Assembly: GCA_004322345.1 (NCBI GenBank)
Contig: SCTQ01000220.1
Span: forward strand, 1,227-65,226
DNA length: 64,000 nt
Source: Aquabacterium sp.
GTDB taxonomy: Bacteria; Pseudomonadota; Gammaproteobacteria; Burkholderiales; Burkholderiaceae_C
Direction: 5' to 3'
Both the position numbers and the translations under genes were made by a program. Position 1 is the first letter of the stretch. Every line of letters begins with the position of its first letter. The notes beneath the pieces were generated by a model. That model saw nothing but the letters and a program-made list of their open reading frames with translations, searched no databases and had not been told where the DNA came from. Shown one piece after another: positions 46,049-55,403 of this stretch.

Positions 46049-46975
46049 TCAGGCAGAGGCCGGCGACGTCTCGAAGTTCCCCAGCCAGCGCAACACCTCC
46101 TGCGCCGTCTGCTGGGGATGCTCGAAGGGGTAGAGATGCGAGCCGTTGATCCAGGAGAAGCGCTCCCCCACGAGGCGCCGCGTGCCGGCCAGGCCCACCT
46201 GGCGCAGCTCGCGCGAGCGGCGCCCTCCGATGAAGGCCACCGGGAAAGGCGGGCGCTGTCGGCGCACGCGCTCCAGCAGGCCTTCGGGCAGGGTGCCGTA
46301 GATCAGGGTCTCGACCTCGCGCTTGAAGGTCAGCGTGCGGCCGGAGCCGGGGATGCTGCCGGCGTGCAGCGGCTCGATGCCGGCGGCCATGTAGTCGGCC
46401 AGCACCTCGGGCGCCCAGCGCTTGAACATCGGCTTGTCGGAGAAGTGCTCCCACGCGGCCTGGGTGTCGGCCCAGTGGTTGCGGCGCGTGGCGGACACGC
46501 GCGCCGGCGTCACCTGGTTGACCACGCGCAGCGTCTTGGCCAGGCGCACGGCCTTGGCCTTCCAGCCCGAGAGCACGGGCGAGTCCAGCAGCACGACGCC
46601 GCCCACGCGCTCGGGGCGGCTGAGCGCGGCCATCAGGCTGACGTAGCCGCCGAAGGAATGGCCGACCATGTAGACCGGCACGCCGGGATGCTCGGCCAGC
46701 TTCTCGTCGAGGAAGTCGACCAGCTGGCGCTCCAGGTTGGTCCAGCTGTCGTTGACCGGGTAGCGCGGGTCGTGGCCGAACTTCTCCACCGCGATCACGT
46801 CGTAGCCGGCTGCCTGCCAGGCGCGGAAGTGCAGGCGGTAGGTGCTGGCCGGGAAGCTGTTGGCGTGGCTGAAGACGATCAGGCCGCGGACCTGCGGCAC
46901 CTCGTCGGACAGCTGGGCCGGCAGGTCGGCGAACTGGCTCGCCTCGGCGGGGCGGCCTTCAGCCCGCAGGCGCAT
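46049..46975 (-). CDS. Alpha/beta hydrolase
   Basis: HANSFPAS oxyanion region, nucleophile GHSFGG, C-terminal GSHLYPFE. True start may be the GTG at 46900. Confidence 0.85.
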   Translation of the reverse strand: MRLRAEGRPAEASQFADLPAQLSDEVPQVRGLIVFSHANSFPASTYRLHFRAWQAAGYDVIAVEKFGHDPRYPVNDSWTNLERQLVDFLDEKLAEHPGVPVYMVGHSFGGYVSLMAALSRPERVGGVVLLDSPVLSGWKAKAVRLAKTLRVVNQVTPARVSATRRNHWADTQAAWEHFSDKPMFKRWAPEVLADYMAAGIEPLHAGSIPGSGRTLTFKREVETLIYGTLPEGLLERVRRQRPPFPVAFIGGRRSRELRQVGLAGTRRLVGERFSWINGSHLYPFEHPQQTAQEVLRWLGNFETSPASA

Positions 46976-47783
46976 GGATGATGGTCAGGGGCTGCATCGC
47001 CTGCGGCTGCTGGGCAGCGGCATCGGCGAACAGCGCGTTGGACTCCCCGTCCCAGGCCGGGTCCGGTATGGAGTCGAAGACCTGGCGCAGGCGCTGGCCC
47101 CAGGTGCTGCGGATCATGCGGAAGTAGGCGTTGTGCTCGTCGATGTGGATCAGCTTCTCGGCGTGCAGGCTGTCGGCCTCGTAGACGAGCAGGTCCAGCG
47201 GCAGGCCCACCGACAGGTTGGACTTCAGCGTCGAGTCCATCGAGATCAGCGCGCACTTGGCGGCTTCCATCAGCGGCGTGTTGGGCTTGACCACGCGGTC
47301 GATCACCGGCTTGCCGTACTTGGACTCGCCGATCTGGAAGTAGCACACGCCGTCGATGCCGGCCTCGACGAAGTTGCCGGCGGCGTAGATGTTGAACAGC
47401 CGCATCGTCTCGCCCTTGATCTGGCCGCCGACGATGAGGTTGACGTTGAAGTCGATGCCGTGGTGCTTGAGCGCCGCTGCGTCGCGCGCGTGCACGCGGC
47501 GCACCGCGGAGCCGACGATGCGCGCCACGTCGAACAGGCTGCGCGCCGTCCAGATGGTGGCCGGGCCGTCGGGGGTCTCGATGGTCTCGGTGTTCAGCAG
47601 CTGCTTGACGGCCTGGGTGATGGCCAGGTTGCCGGCCGAGAGAATCACCAGCGTGCGCTCGCCCGCCTGTTCGAAGATGCTCATCTTGCGGAAGGTGCTG
47701 ATCTGGTCCATCCCGGCATTGGTGCGGGAATCGGACAGGAACACCAGGCCGCTGTTCAGGCGCATGGCAACGCAGTAGGTCAT
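46959..47783 (-). CDS. Proteasome-type protease (Anbu family, Ntn hydrolase)
   Basis: MTYCV (Thr1 after Met removal), SDSRTNAG.D, SAGNLAITQ, QIGESKYGKP, SMDSTLKSNLSVG. Confidence 0.9.
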   Translation of the reverse strand: MTYCVAMRLNSGLVFLSDSRTNAGMDQISTFRKMSIFEQAGERTLVILSAGNLAITQAVKQLLNTETIETPDGPATIWTARSLFDVARIVGSAVRRVHARDAAALKHHGIDFNVNLIVGGQIKGETMRLFNIYAAGNFVEAGIDGVCYFQIGESKYGKPVIDRVVKPNTPLMEAAKCALISMDSTLKSNLSVGLPLDLLVYEADSLHAEKLIHIDEHNAYFRMIRSTWGQRLRQVFDSIPDPAWDGESNALFADAAAQQPQAMQPLTIIHAPAG

Positions 47784-47858
47784 CTCAGTACCGCCCGGCC
47801 GTTGCGAAGGTACTGAGAGCCCCCTCGGGGGGCAGCGAACGAAGTGAGCGTGGGGGCT
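47783..47858. repeat. REP-like composite palindromic element filling the mutS-Anbu spacer
   Basis: TCTCAGTACC-N16-GGTACTGAGA (47783-47818), GCCCCC-TCG-GGGGGC (47819-47833), then AGCGAACGAAGTGAGCGTGGGGGC. Confidence 0.7.
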
Positions 47859-50477
47859 TCATGACAAGAGCTTTTTCAGACGGTACAGGGCTTCGAGGGC
47901 TTCTCGCGGGGACAGCGTATCAGGCTCGATCTCGGCCAAAGCGCGCTCCAGTTCGGTCGGGCCGGCGCATATCGGCGCTTCGAACTCGGGCTCGTCCGGG
48001 TAGTCGTCCCCGGCGGGCGCGGCGAACAGGTCGATCTGCCGTTCGGCACGCTGCTGCTCGGACTCCAGCGCCTCCAGCGTCGCGCGGGCGTGGCGTACCA
48101 CCGTCGCCGGCATGCCGGCCAGGCGCGCCACCTGCACGCCGTAGCTGCGGCTGGCCGGGCCGGGCTGGATCTCGTGCAGGAAGACGATGTCGTGGCCGGA
48201 CTCCGCCGCACTGACATGCACGTTCTGCGCCTGCTGGTGCTTCTGCGGGAAGGCGGTCAGCTCGAAGTAGTGGGTGGCGAACAGCGTGAAAGCGCGGTTG
48301 CGGTCGTGCAGGTGGCCGGCGATGCTGCCGGCCAGGGCCAGGCCGTCGAAGGTGGACGTCCCGCGTCCGATCTCGTCCATCAGCACCAGCGACTGCTCGG
48401 TGGCCGAGTGCAGGATGGCTGCGGCCTCGACCATCTCCAGCATGAAGGTGGACTGCGCGTTGGCCAGGTCGTCGGCCGCGCCGATGCGGGTATGGATGGC
48501 GTCGATGGGCCCCAGGCGGCAGCTGGCCGCCGGCACGCAGGAGCCGATGGAGGCCAGCAGGACGATCAGCGCCGTCTGCCGCATGAAGGTGGACTTGCCG
48601 CCCATGTTCGGCCCGGTGATGACCAGCAGGCGGCGCGCTGCATCCAGCCGGCAGTCGTTGGGCATGAAGGGGCCGGCGCCAGACTCCAGCAGGCGCGACT
48701 CCACCACCGGATGGCGGCCGGCCTCGACGTCGATGCATGGGTGCGGCACGAACTGCGGCCGGCTCCAGTTGAGCGTGGCCGCACGTTCGGCCAGGGCCGA
48801 CAGCACGTCCAGCGCGGCCAGCGCACGGGCCAGTGCGGACAGCCGGCCCAGGTGGGGCTGCAGCTGGTCCAGCAGCTGCTCGTAGAGGAACTTCTCGCGC
48901 GCGAGCGACCGCTCCTGGGCCGACAGCGCCTTGTCCTCGAAGGCCTTCAGCTCGGGCGTGATGAAGCGCTCGGCGTTCTTCATCGTCTGCCGGCGCTGGT
49001 AGTCCGAGGGCACGCGGTCGAGCTGGCTCTGGGTCACCTCGATGTAGAAACCGTGCACGCGGTTGAACTGCACGCGCAGGTTGCCGATGCCGGTGCGGGC
49101 ACGCTCGCGCACCTCCAGGTCCAGCAGGAAGGCATCGCAGTTCTGGGCGATGCCGCGCAGCTCGTCGAGGTCGGCGTCGTAGCCGGGCGCGATCACGCCG
49201 CCGTCGCGCAGCAGCACGGCGGGCTCCTCGGCGATGGCGGCGGCCAGCATCTGCTCGATGGCCGGCGGCGGGGTGAGGGCCTCGGCGCAGTCCAGCAGCA
49301 GCGCGGCCTGGTTTTCAGGCAGCGTGGTGCGCAGCTGGGGCAGCACCTGCAGCGTGGCGCGCAGGCCGGCCAGCTCGCGCGGGCGCACCTGGCGCAGCGC
49401 GATGCGCGCGGTGATGCGCTCGACGTCGCTGACGCGGCGCAGGGCCTCGCGCAGGGGCCCGAAGCCGCCGTCCTGCAGAGCGGTGACGGCATCCAGCCGC
49501 GCGATCGCCTGCGTGCGGTCGCGCTGGGGATGGATCAGCCAGTGGCGCAGCGTGCGGCTGCCCATGCCGGTGCGGCAGACGTCCAGCAGCGACAGCAGCG
49601 TGGGGCTGTCCTCGCCGCGCAGGGTCTGGGTCAGCTCCAGGTTGCGCTGCGTGGCCGCCGGCAGGTCCAGCAGCGTGCCCGGGCGCTCGACGCGCAGCGT
49701 GCCGACGTGGGCCAGCGCCCTGCCCTGCGTGTGCTCCGCATAGGCCAGCAGCGCAGCCGCGGCGGCATGGGCCAGCGCCAGCTCCTGGGCGTTGTAGCCG
49801 GCCAGCGTGGTGGTGCGCAGCTGCTCGCACAGCTTGCGCAGGCCCAGGGCGGATTCGAACTGCCAGGTCGGGCGATGGGTCACCGTGACGCGCGCGTCCT
49901 TCAGCAGCGCAGGCGCGCGCTCGGCATCGGCCAGCACCTCGGCGGGCTGCAGGCGCGCCAGCCAGCCGGCCAGTTCGCGCTCGTCGCATTCGGCCAGCGT
50001 GATCTCGCCGCGCGTCAGGCCCAGCCAGGCCAGGCCGTAGCCGGGCTTCGGCCCCTTGCCCTGCACCACGGACAGCAGGATGGCGTCGGCGCGCTCGGCC
50101 AGCAGCTCGGTGTCGGTGATGGTGCCGGGCGTCACCACGCGCACCACCTTGCGCTCGACGGGGCCCTTGCTCGCACCGACCTCGCCCACCTGCTCGGCGA
50201 TGGCCACCGACTCGCCCAGCTTGATGAGCTTGGCCAGGTAGGCCTCCACCGCATGCACCGGCACGCCGGCCATCACCACCGGCTCGCCGCCGCTGCTGCC
50301 GCGCGTGGTCAGGGTGATGTCGAGCAGGCGATGCGCGCGGCGCGCGTCGTCGTAGAACAGCTCGTAGAAATCGCCCATCCGGTAGAAGACGAGCGTGTCG
50401 GGGAAGTCGGCCTTGATGCCCAGGTACTGCTGCATCATGGGCGTGTGGGTGCCCTCGGCCTGTGGCGCTTTGGCCAT
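47859..50477 (-). CDS. mutS: DNA mismatch repair protein MutS
   Basis: [50 protein letters not shown]. Confidence 0.98.
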   Translation of the reverse strand: MAKAPQAEGTHTPMMQQYLGIKADFPDTLVFYRMGDFYELFYDDARRAHRLLDITLTTRGSSGGEPVVMAGVPVHAVEAYLAKLIKLGESVAIAEQVGEVGASKGPVERKVVRVVTPGTITDTELLAERADAILLSVVQGKGPKPGYGLAWLGLTRGEITLAECDERELAGWLARLQPAEVLADAERAPALLKDARVTVTHRPTWQFESALGLRKLCEQLRTTTLAGYNAQELALAHAAAAALLAYAEHTQGRALAHVGTLRVERPGTLLDLPAATQRNLELTQTLRGEDSPTLLSLLDVCRTGMGSRTLRHWLIHPQRDRTQAIARLDAVTALQDGGFGPLREALRRVSDVERITARIALRQVRPRELAGLRATLQVLPQLRTTLPENQAALLLDCAEALTPPPAIEQMLAAAIAEEPAVLLRDGGVIAPGYDADLDELRGIAQNCDAFLLDLEVRERARTGIGNLRVQFNRVHGFYIEVTQSQLDRVPSDYQRRQTMKNAERFITPELKAFEDKALSAQERSLAREKFLYEQLLDQLQPHLGRLSALARALAALDVLSALAERAATLNWSRPQFVPHPCIDVEAGRHPVVESRLLESGAGPFMPNDCRLDAARRLLVITGPNMGGKSTFMRQTALIVLLASIGSCVPAASCRLGPIDAIHTRIGAADDLANAQSTFMLEMVEAAAILHSATEQSLVLMDEIGRGTSTFDGLALAGSIAGHLHDRNRAFTLFATHYFELTAFPQKHQQAQNVHVSAAESGHDIVFLHEIQPGPASRSYGVQVARLAGMPATVVRHARATLEALESEQQRAERQIDLFAAPAGDDYPDEPEFEAPICAGPTELERALAEIEPDTLSPREALEALYRLKKLLS

Positions 50478-50498
50478 CGGCTGCTACCTCGTGGCGTG

Positions 50499-51521
50499 TC
50501 AGTCGTCGCGGCGGCGGCGCGGCAGCTCGGTCGAGGTCTTGGCCACCGTGGACTTGAAGGCCGCCTTGCGGATGCGCACCGGGCCGCGCGGGCGCGAGCC
50601 CGGGGGCAGCTTGGCGTCGATCACGGGCTTGGCGATGGCCTTGGGCTCCTCGCCTTCCACCGCGCCCTGGAGCGCCTGCTGCGGCGTGCCTTCCGCGGCA
50701 GCCGGCGCCTCGGCGATCACGCGCGTGTAGGGCGCCAGGATCTGCACCAGCTGGCCGTAGATCTTCGGGTTGCCGGCGACGACCTCGCGTTGGTAGAGGT
50801 AGTCCGCCTCGCCGGTGAAGTTGCCGATCAGGCCGCCGGCCTCGGTGATCATCAGCGAGCCCGCGGCGATGTCCCAGGGGCTGAGGCCCGTCTCGAAGAA
50901 GCCGTCGTAGAAGCCGGCGGCCACGTAGCACAGGTCCAGCGCGGCGGCGCCGGGGCGGCGCAGGCCGGCGCAGACCTGCATCACGTCCTCGAACATCTTC
51001 AGGTAGCGCTGGAAGTTGTCGCCCTTGCGGAAGGGGAAGCCGGTGCCGATCAGCGACTCCAGCATGCGGGTGCGCTTGGACACGCGGATGCGCTTGTCGT
51101 TGAGGTAGGCGCCGCGGCCCTTGGAGGCGTAGAAGAGGTCGTTGCGCGCGGGGTCGTAGACCACCGCCTGCTGCACCTGGCCCTTGAAGGCCAGTGCGAT
51201 GGACACCGCGTAATACGGCATGCCGTGGATGAAGTTGGTCGTGCCGTCCAGCGGATCGATGATCCACAGGTAGTCGCTGTCCTTGGCGCCGCGGCTGCGG
51301 CCGGATTCCTCGGCCAGGATGGCGTGGCCGGGGTAGGCCTGCAGCAGCGTGTCGATGATCGCTTCCTCGGCCGCCTGGTCCACTTCCGTGACGAAGTCGT
51401 TGTGGGACTTGGCGCTCACCGTCAGCCGGTCCAGGTCCAGCGAGGCGCGGCTGATGATGGAGCCGGCTGTGCGGGCCGCCTTGATGGCGACGTTGAGCAT
51501 GGGATGGAGAGCGGCGGACAT
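50499..51521 (-). CDS. suhB: Inositol monophosphatase / Nus factor SuhB
   Basis: [40 protein letters not shown]; basic C-terminal extension. Confidence 0.95.
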   Translation of the reverse strand: MSAALHPMLNVAIKAARTAGSIISRASLDLDRLTVSAKSHNDFVTEVDQAAEEAIIDTLLQAYPGHAILAEESGRSRGAKDSDYLWIIDPLDGTTNFIHGMPYYAVSIALAFKGQVQQAVVYDPARNDLFYASKGRGAYLNDKRIRVSKRTRMLESLIGTGFPFRKGDNFQRYLKMFEDVMQVCAGLRRPGAAALDLCYVAAGFYDGFFETGLSPWDIAAGSLMITEAGGLIGNFTGEADYLYQREVVAGNPKIYGQLVQILAPYTRVIAEAPAAAEGTPQQALQGAVEGEEPKAIAKPVIDAKLPPGSRPRGPVRIRKAAFKSTVAKTSTELPRRRRDD

Positions 51522-51670
51522 GGAAAGCCTTGTTGTTCGGGAGCGGACGCGAGGAGCGTGGAGGGGACGGCGACGAGGGGAAAGAGCGCGGCCGCACGCC
51601 TGCAAGAAGGACTCCCGGAGAACGAGCCTGCGGCGGGTGCGGCCGATAATGAGCGTGATTCTACCGACCC

Positions 51671-52405
51671 ATGGCCATCGACCCCACCCGCTTCATCCTC
51701 TGCCAGACCAGCCATCCCGGGAACGTGGGGGCGGCGGCCCGCGCCATGAAGGTGATGGGCTTTTCCGACCTGGTGCTGGTGTCCCCCCGCTTCCCCGACG
51801 TGCTGTCCCAGGAGGAGACGGTCGCCATGGCCAGCGGCGCGGCCGACGTGCTGACCCGCGCGCGCATCGTCGCCACGCTGGACGAGGCGCTGGACGGCAT
51901 CACCTACGCCTGCGCCACCGCGATGACGCCGCGCGACTTCGGCCCGCCCACGCATGCGCCGCGTGATTGCTTCGCGCAGCTGGCCGCCGCGGGGCACCGC
52001 CTGGCCTTCGTCTTCGGCAGCGAACGCTACGGCCTGTCCAACGAGGACGTCTACCGCTGCCACGCCTGCCTGAGCATCCCCACGCAGGCCGGCTACGGCT
52101 CGCTGAACCTCGCACAGGCGGTGCAGCTGATCGCCTACGACTGGCGCCAGGCCCTGGGCGGCTTCGACGTGGTGCCGCGCACGGCCGAGCCGTCCTACGC
52201 GGACGCGACCGCCGTGCAGGGCGCGCTGCGCCACTGGGAACAGGCCCTGGTGCACCTGGGCTTCCTCGACCCGCAGGCGCCGAAGAAGCTGCTGCCGAGG
52301 CTGAACCAGCTGCTCAACCGCAGCCCGCTCACGCAGGAAGAGATCCACATCCTGCGCGGCATCGCCAAGACGATGCTGGAAGCCGAGCCCAAGCGTCGCC
52401 GCTAG
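51671..52405 (+). CDS. trmJ: tRNA (C32/U32-2'-O)-methyltransferase, TrmJ family
   Basis: [41 protein letters not shown]; divergent from suhB. Confidence 0.9.
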   Translation: MAIDPTRFILCQTSHPGNVGAAARAMKVMGFSDLVLVSPRFPDVLSQEETVAMASGAADVLTRARIVATLDEALDGITYACATAMTPRDFGPPTHAPRDCFAQLAAAGHRLAFVFGSERYGLSNEDVYRCHACLSIPTQAGYGSLNLAQAVQLIAYDWRQALGGFDVVPRTAEPSYADATAVQGALRHWEQALVHLGFLDPQAPKKLLPRLNQLLNRSPLTQEEIHILRGIAKTMLEAEPKRRR

Positions 52406-53553
52406 GCGGGCACGACGGCCTTCTGCCGCTCTGCCACCGCCTTGGCGATCGCCTGCGCCTCCAACGCGATCTCGCGCAGCATCCCCGTCGGCGACACGTA
52501 GTAGCCGCAGAAATAGAGCCCCGGGCGGGCCGACTCGCGCCCACTGGCCGCGGGCGCGCCGTCCTGGTCCAGCGCGACACCCGCGTCGTGCAGCCACTCG
52601 CCCACCGCCGGGCGGAAGCCGGTTGCCAGCACCACGGCGTCGAAGGCCTCGCGGCGGCCGTCGGTGAAGACCACACCGTCCTCGACGAAGCGCTGGATGC
52701 CGGGGAAGACCTTCACCTGCCCCTGCTTGATCAGCTTGATGGTGCCGGTGTCGATGAAGGGCACGCGGCCCAGGCGGTGGATCTGGGTCACCGGTCCCTG
52801 GGGCGGGCGGCGCAGGCCGTAAGGCTCCAGGTTGCCGACCAGCGCGCGCGTCAGCGGCGCGTTCAGCGCGTCGGCCAGCGGCGGCGGCAGGCGGCGCTGG
52901 CTGATGGCCACGGTCAAGAAGGGCACGCCGAAGACTTCCTTGGGGATCACGTTGACGGGGCTGCGCACCGCCAGGCTGGTCGTGCGGGCGCCCTGTTCCC
53001 ACAGGTCGATGGCGATCTCGCCACCGGAGTTGCCCAGGCCGACGACCAGCACGCGCTGGCCGTGGAAGTCCGCGCCGCTGCGGTACTCCGAGCTGTGCAG
53101 GATGCGGCCGCGGAAGCCTTCCTGCCCCGGCCACGTGGGCAGGTTGGGCCGGTTGTTGTAGCCACCGGCGACGATCAACGAGCCTGCATGCAGCAGGCTG
53201 TCGGCCGTGCGCACCTCCCAGCCCTCGCCTTCCAGGCGCGCGCCGAGCACCCGCTGGCCCAGGCGCGGCTGCAGGTCGTGGTGGCGGGCGTAGGCCTCCA
53301 GGTACTCGAGCACCTGGCGGCGCGACGGGTAGCGCGGATAGGTCTTGGGGAAGGGCAGCCCCGGCAGCTCCGAATGCGCCTTGTCGGTGTGCAGGTGCAA
53401 TCGCTCGTAGTGGTTGCGCCAGGACCAGCCGACGGCACCGGCCTGCTCCAGGATCGTGCAGGACAGGCCCTGCTGCTTCAGGCAGGCCGCCACCGCCAGG
53501 CCCGCGGGCCCGGCGCCGACGACGATGGCCGAGGGCTCGCGCGCACCGCTCAT
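52402..53553 (-). CDS. Class B flavin monooxygenase (YUCCA-like/type II FMO)
   Basis: GAGPAG (FAD), WRNHYERLHLH, FRGRILHSSEYR (FMO motif FxGxxxHxxxYK/R), GLGNSG (NADPH), VLATGF. Confidence 0.88.
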   Translation of the reverse strand: MSGAREPSAIVVGAGPAGLAVAACLKQQGLSCTILEQAGAVGWSWRNHYERLHLHTDKAHSELPGLPFPKTYPRYPSRRQVLEYLEAYARHHDLQPRLGQRVLGARLEGEGWEVRTADSLLHAGSLIVAGGYNNRPNLPTWPGQEGFRGRILHSSEYRSGADFHGQRVLVVGLGNSGGEIAIDLWEQGARTTSLAVRSPVNVIPKEVFGVPFLTVAISQRRLPPPLADALNAPLTRALVGNLEPYGLRRPPQGPVTQIHRLGRVPFIDTGTIKLIKQGQVKVFPGIQRFVEDGVVFTDGRREAFDAVVLATGFRPAVGEWLHDAGVALDQDGAPAASGRESARPGLYFCGYYVSPTGMLREIALEAQAIAKAVAERQKAVVPA

Positions 53554-55031
53554 CGCGCCAGCACCTCCTGCGCCGCGCGTTCGCCGGAACGCACCGCGCC
53601 GTCCATGTAGCCGGTCCACACGGTGGCCGTCTCGGTGCCGGCCCAGTGCAGGCGGCCGATGGGCGCGCGCAGGGTCGGGCCGTAGGCCGTCAGCACGCCG
53701 GGCGGGAAGTGGCCGGTGGGGCCGCCCAGGCTGTAGTTCTCGGCCTGCCAGTTCATCTCGACGTAGGCGCGCGGGCTGGCGGCCTTGGCTCCGAAGTAGG
53801 CGACGAAGGCCTCGATGACCTGGCGCTTGCGCTCGGCCGGCGCCAGCAGCACGGCGTCGCGCGCATCCTGGCCGTCCAGGAAGCCCAGCAGCACGCCGGG
53901 CGCGCCGGCCTCGGGCGGGGTGTTGTCGAAGGTGACCTTGGGCAGGTAGACGTCGCTGGTGACCTGGCCGTTGAGGCCGTCGTCGCGCCAGAAGGGGCGG
54001 TCGTAGACGGCCTGCACCTTCATGATCGAGCCCATGGGCACGCGCTGCATCAGCTGCATGCGCGCCTGCAGCGGGCCGTCCAGCGGCGCATAGGTCAGGC
54101 GCGCGGCCTGGGCCGGCGACATCGCGACGATGGCGCGCTGCGCCCGCACCTTGAAGCCCTCGCCCGCCACCTCGATGCCGGCCGCGTCCTGCGTCACCGC
54201 ATGCACGGGCGCCTTGTACAGGACGCGGCTGCCCAGTTCGCGCGCCATGCCGATGGCGATCTGCTGCGAGCCGCCGACGATGCGGTCCTGCTGGGCGCCG
54301 CCGCCCACGCTCAGCAGGCTGGTCAGGCCGCCGCCGGCGCGGATGTAGAGCAGCAGGTGCAGGAAGGACACGTCGCGCGGCTCGGCCGACAGCAGCGAGA
54401 TCACGGCAGCACGCAGCAGGTTCTTCGCATCGGCGGTGAAGATGTTGCGGTCGACCCAGGTCTGCACGGTGATGGCGTCCCACTCGGCGGCCTTGGGCGC
54501 GGCCCACGGCGCATCCAGCGGCACCTGGTTGGCCAGCGACTCCAGCTTGACGATGGCGATGCCGGCCTCGCCTGCGGCCAGCAGGTTGGCCAGTGGCAGC
54601 ACGCCGCTGTAGGTGGTGCGGCGCCCGCCCATGATGTTCACCAGCTTGCCGGTGTTGTAGGTGGCGTAGGTCTGCAGGCCCAGCTGCTGCACGAGCTGGT
54701 ACATGCGATCCTGCGTCGGGCCGATGAACTCGGCGCCGCCCTCGACCACGTAGCGGTCGTAGGGGGCGGGCAGGCGCTGGTTGAAGCAGCGGCCGCCCGG
54801 GCGGTCGCGCGCCTCCAGCAGCAGCACCTGCTTGCCCGCAGCCACCAGCGCGCGCGCTGCGGCCAGGCCCGAATAGCCGCCGCCGACGACCACCACTTCG
54901 GTGTCGTACTGGCCACTGGGCCCGCCGTCGGCCGCGCGTGCCGCGCCCGGTGCGCCGGGCAGCATCGCCGCGGCGGCGGAGGCGGTCAGGCCGCCGAGCA
55001 GGCGGCGGCGCGAGGGGGTGGGATGGCTCAT
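53550..55031 (-). CDS. Tat-exported flavin amine oxidase (MAO family)
   Basis: SRRRLL twin-arginine signal, GGGYSGL..A, LEARDRPGGR, GAEFIG, MGSIMK, AGTETAT.W.GYMDGAVRSGERAA. Confidence 0.9.
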   Translation of the reverse strand: MSHPTPSRRRLLGGLTASAAAAMLPGAPGAARAADGGPSGQYDTEVVVVGGGYSGLAAARALVAAGKQVLLLEARDRPGGRCFNQRLPAPYDRYVVEGGAEFIGPTQDRMYQLVQQLGLQTYATYNTGKLVNIMGGRRTTYSGVLPLANLLAAGEAGIAIVKLESLANQVPLDAPWAAPKAAEWDAITVQTWVDRNIFTADAKNLLRAAVISLLSAEPRDVSFLHLLLYIRAGGGLTSLLSVGGGAQQDRIVGGSQQIAIGMARELGSRVLYKAPVHAVTQDAAGIEVAGEGFKVRAQRAIVAMSPAQAARLTYAPLDGPLQARMQLMQRVPMGSIMKVQAVYDRPFWRDDGLNGQVTSDVYLPKVTFDNTPPEAGAPGVLLGFLDGQDARDAVLLAPAERKRQVIEAFVAYFGAKAASPRAYVEMNWQAENYSLGGPTGHFPPGVLTAYGPTLRAPIGRLHWAGTETATVWTGYMDGAVRSGERAAQEVLAR

Positions 55032-55128
55032 CTTCGGACCCTTGTGATGTCTGGTTGAACGGCGGGGACGACTGCCAAGCCGCACAAGCTGGTGCGGTGC
55101 GCCACGCTAGTGGCCGCCTCGGGGAGCG

Positions 55129-55148
55129 TCTGTCGTGTCGACGACAGA
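55129..55148. promoter_or_regulatory. Palindrome about 100 bp upstream of the amine oxidase (possible operator)
   Basis: TCTGTCGT-GTCG-ACGACAGA, perfect 8-bp arms. Confidence 0.4.
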
Positions 55149-55403
55149 GACGCCGCGCCCTGGTGCCCACGCTTTTCCCTATGGTGCACAGCCACCTCGC
55201 GCGCCAGTGCCGGTTGATAGCCCAGCCCTGCGCATGCAACAAGCGGGCACTCCCGCGCGCGACCACCCCGGCTTGCAGTGGGGAACAGGGGCCGCCGGTA
55301 CACTGCCGCCTCCCGCCACCACACGACAAAGGCAGGCCGGACGCGTCCGCGAGAGGACACGCACCCGGGCCCGTCGAGGCCTGCCACCACGTCCCGTCTG
55401 CCC

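Noticed and set aside
46842-47816. 324-aa plus-strand ORF ending LSTARPLRRY
   Set aside because: Antisense to Anbu; its end is simply a translation of the palindromic element.
48090-51749. 1219-aa ORF opposite mutS-suhB; likewise 11006-14497 opposite emrAB and 22-2271 opposite aceE
   Set aside because: Antisense shadows of well-supported genes.
52402-55329. 975-aa ORF suggesting an oxidase-FMO fusion or frameshift product
   Set aside because: The first about 590 codons are an off-frame, Arg/Gly/Ala/Pro-rich shadow of the amine oxidase. The FMO has its own ATG overlapping the oxidase stop, and I saw no slippery site.
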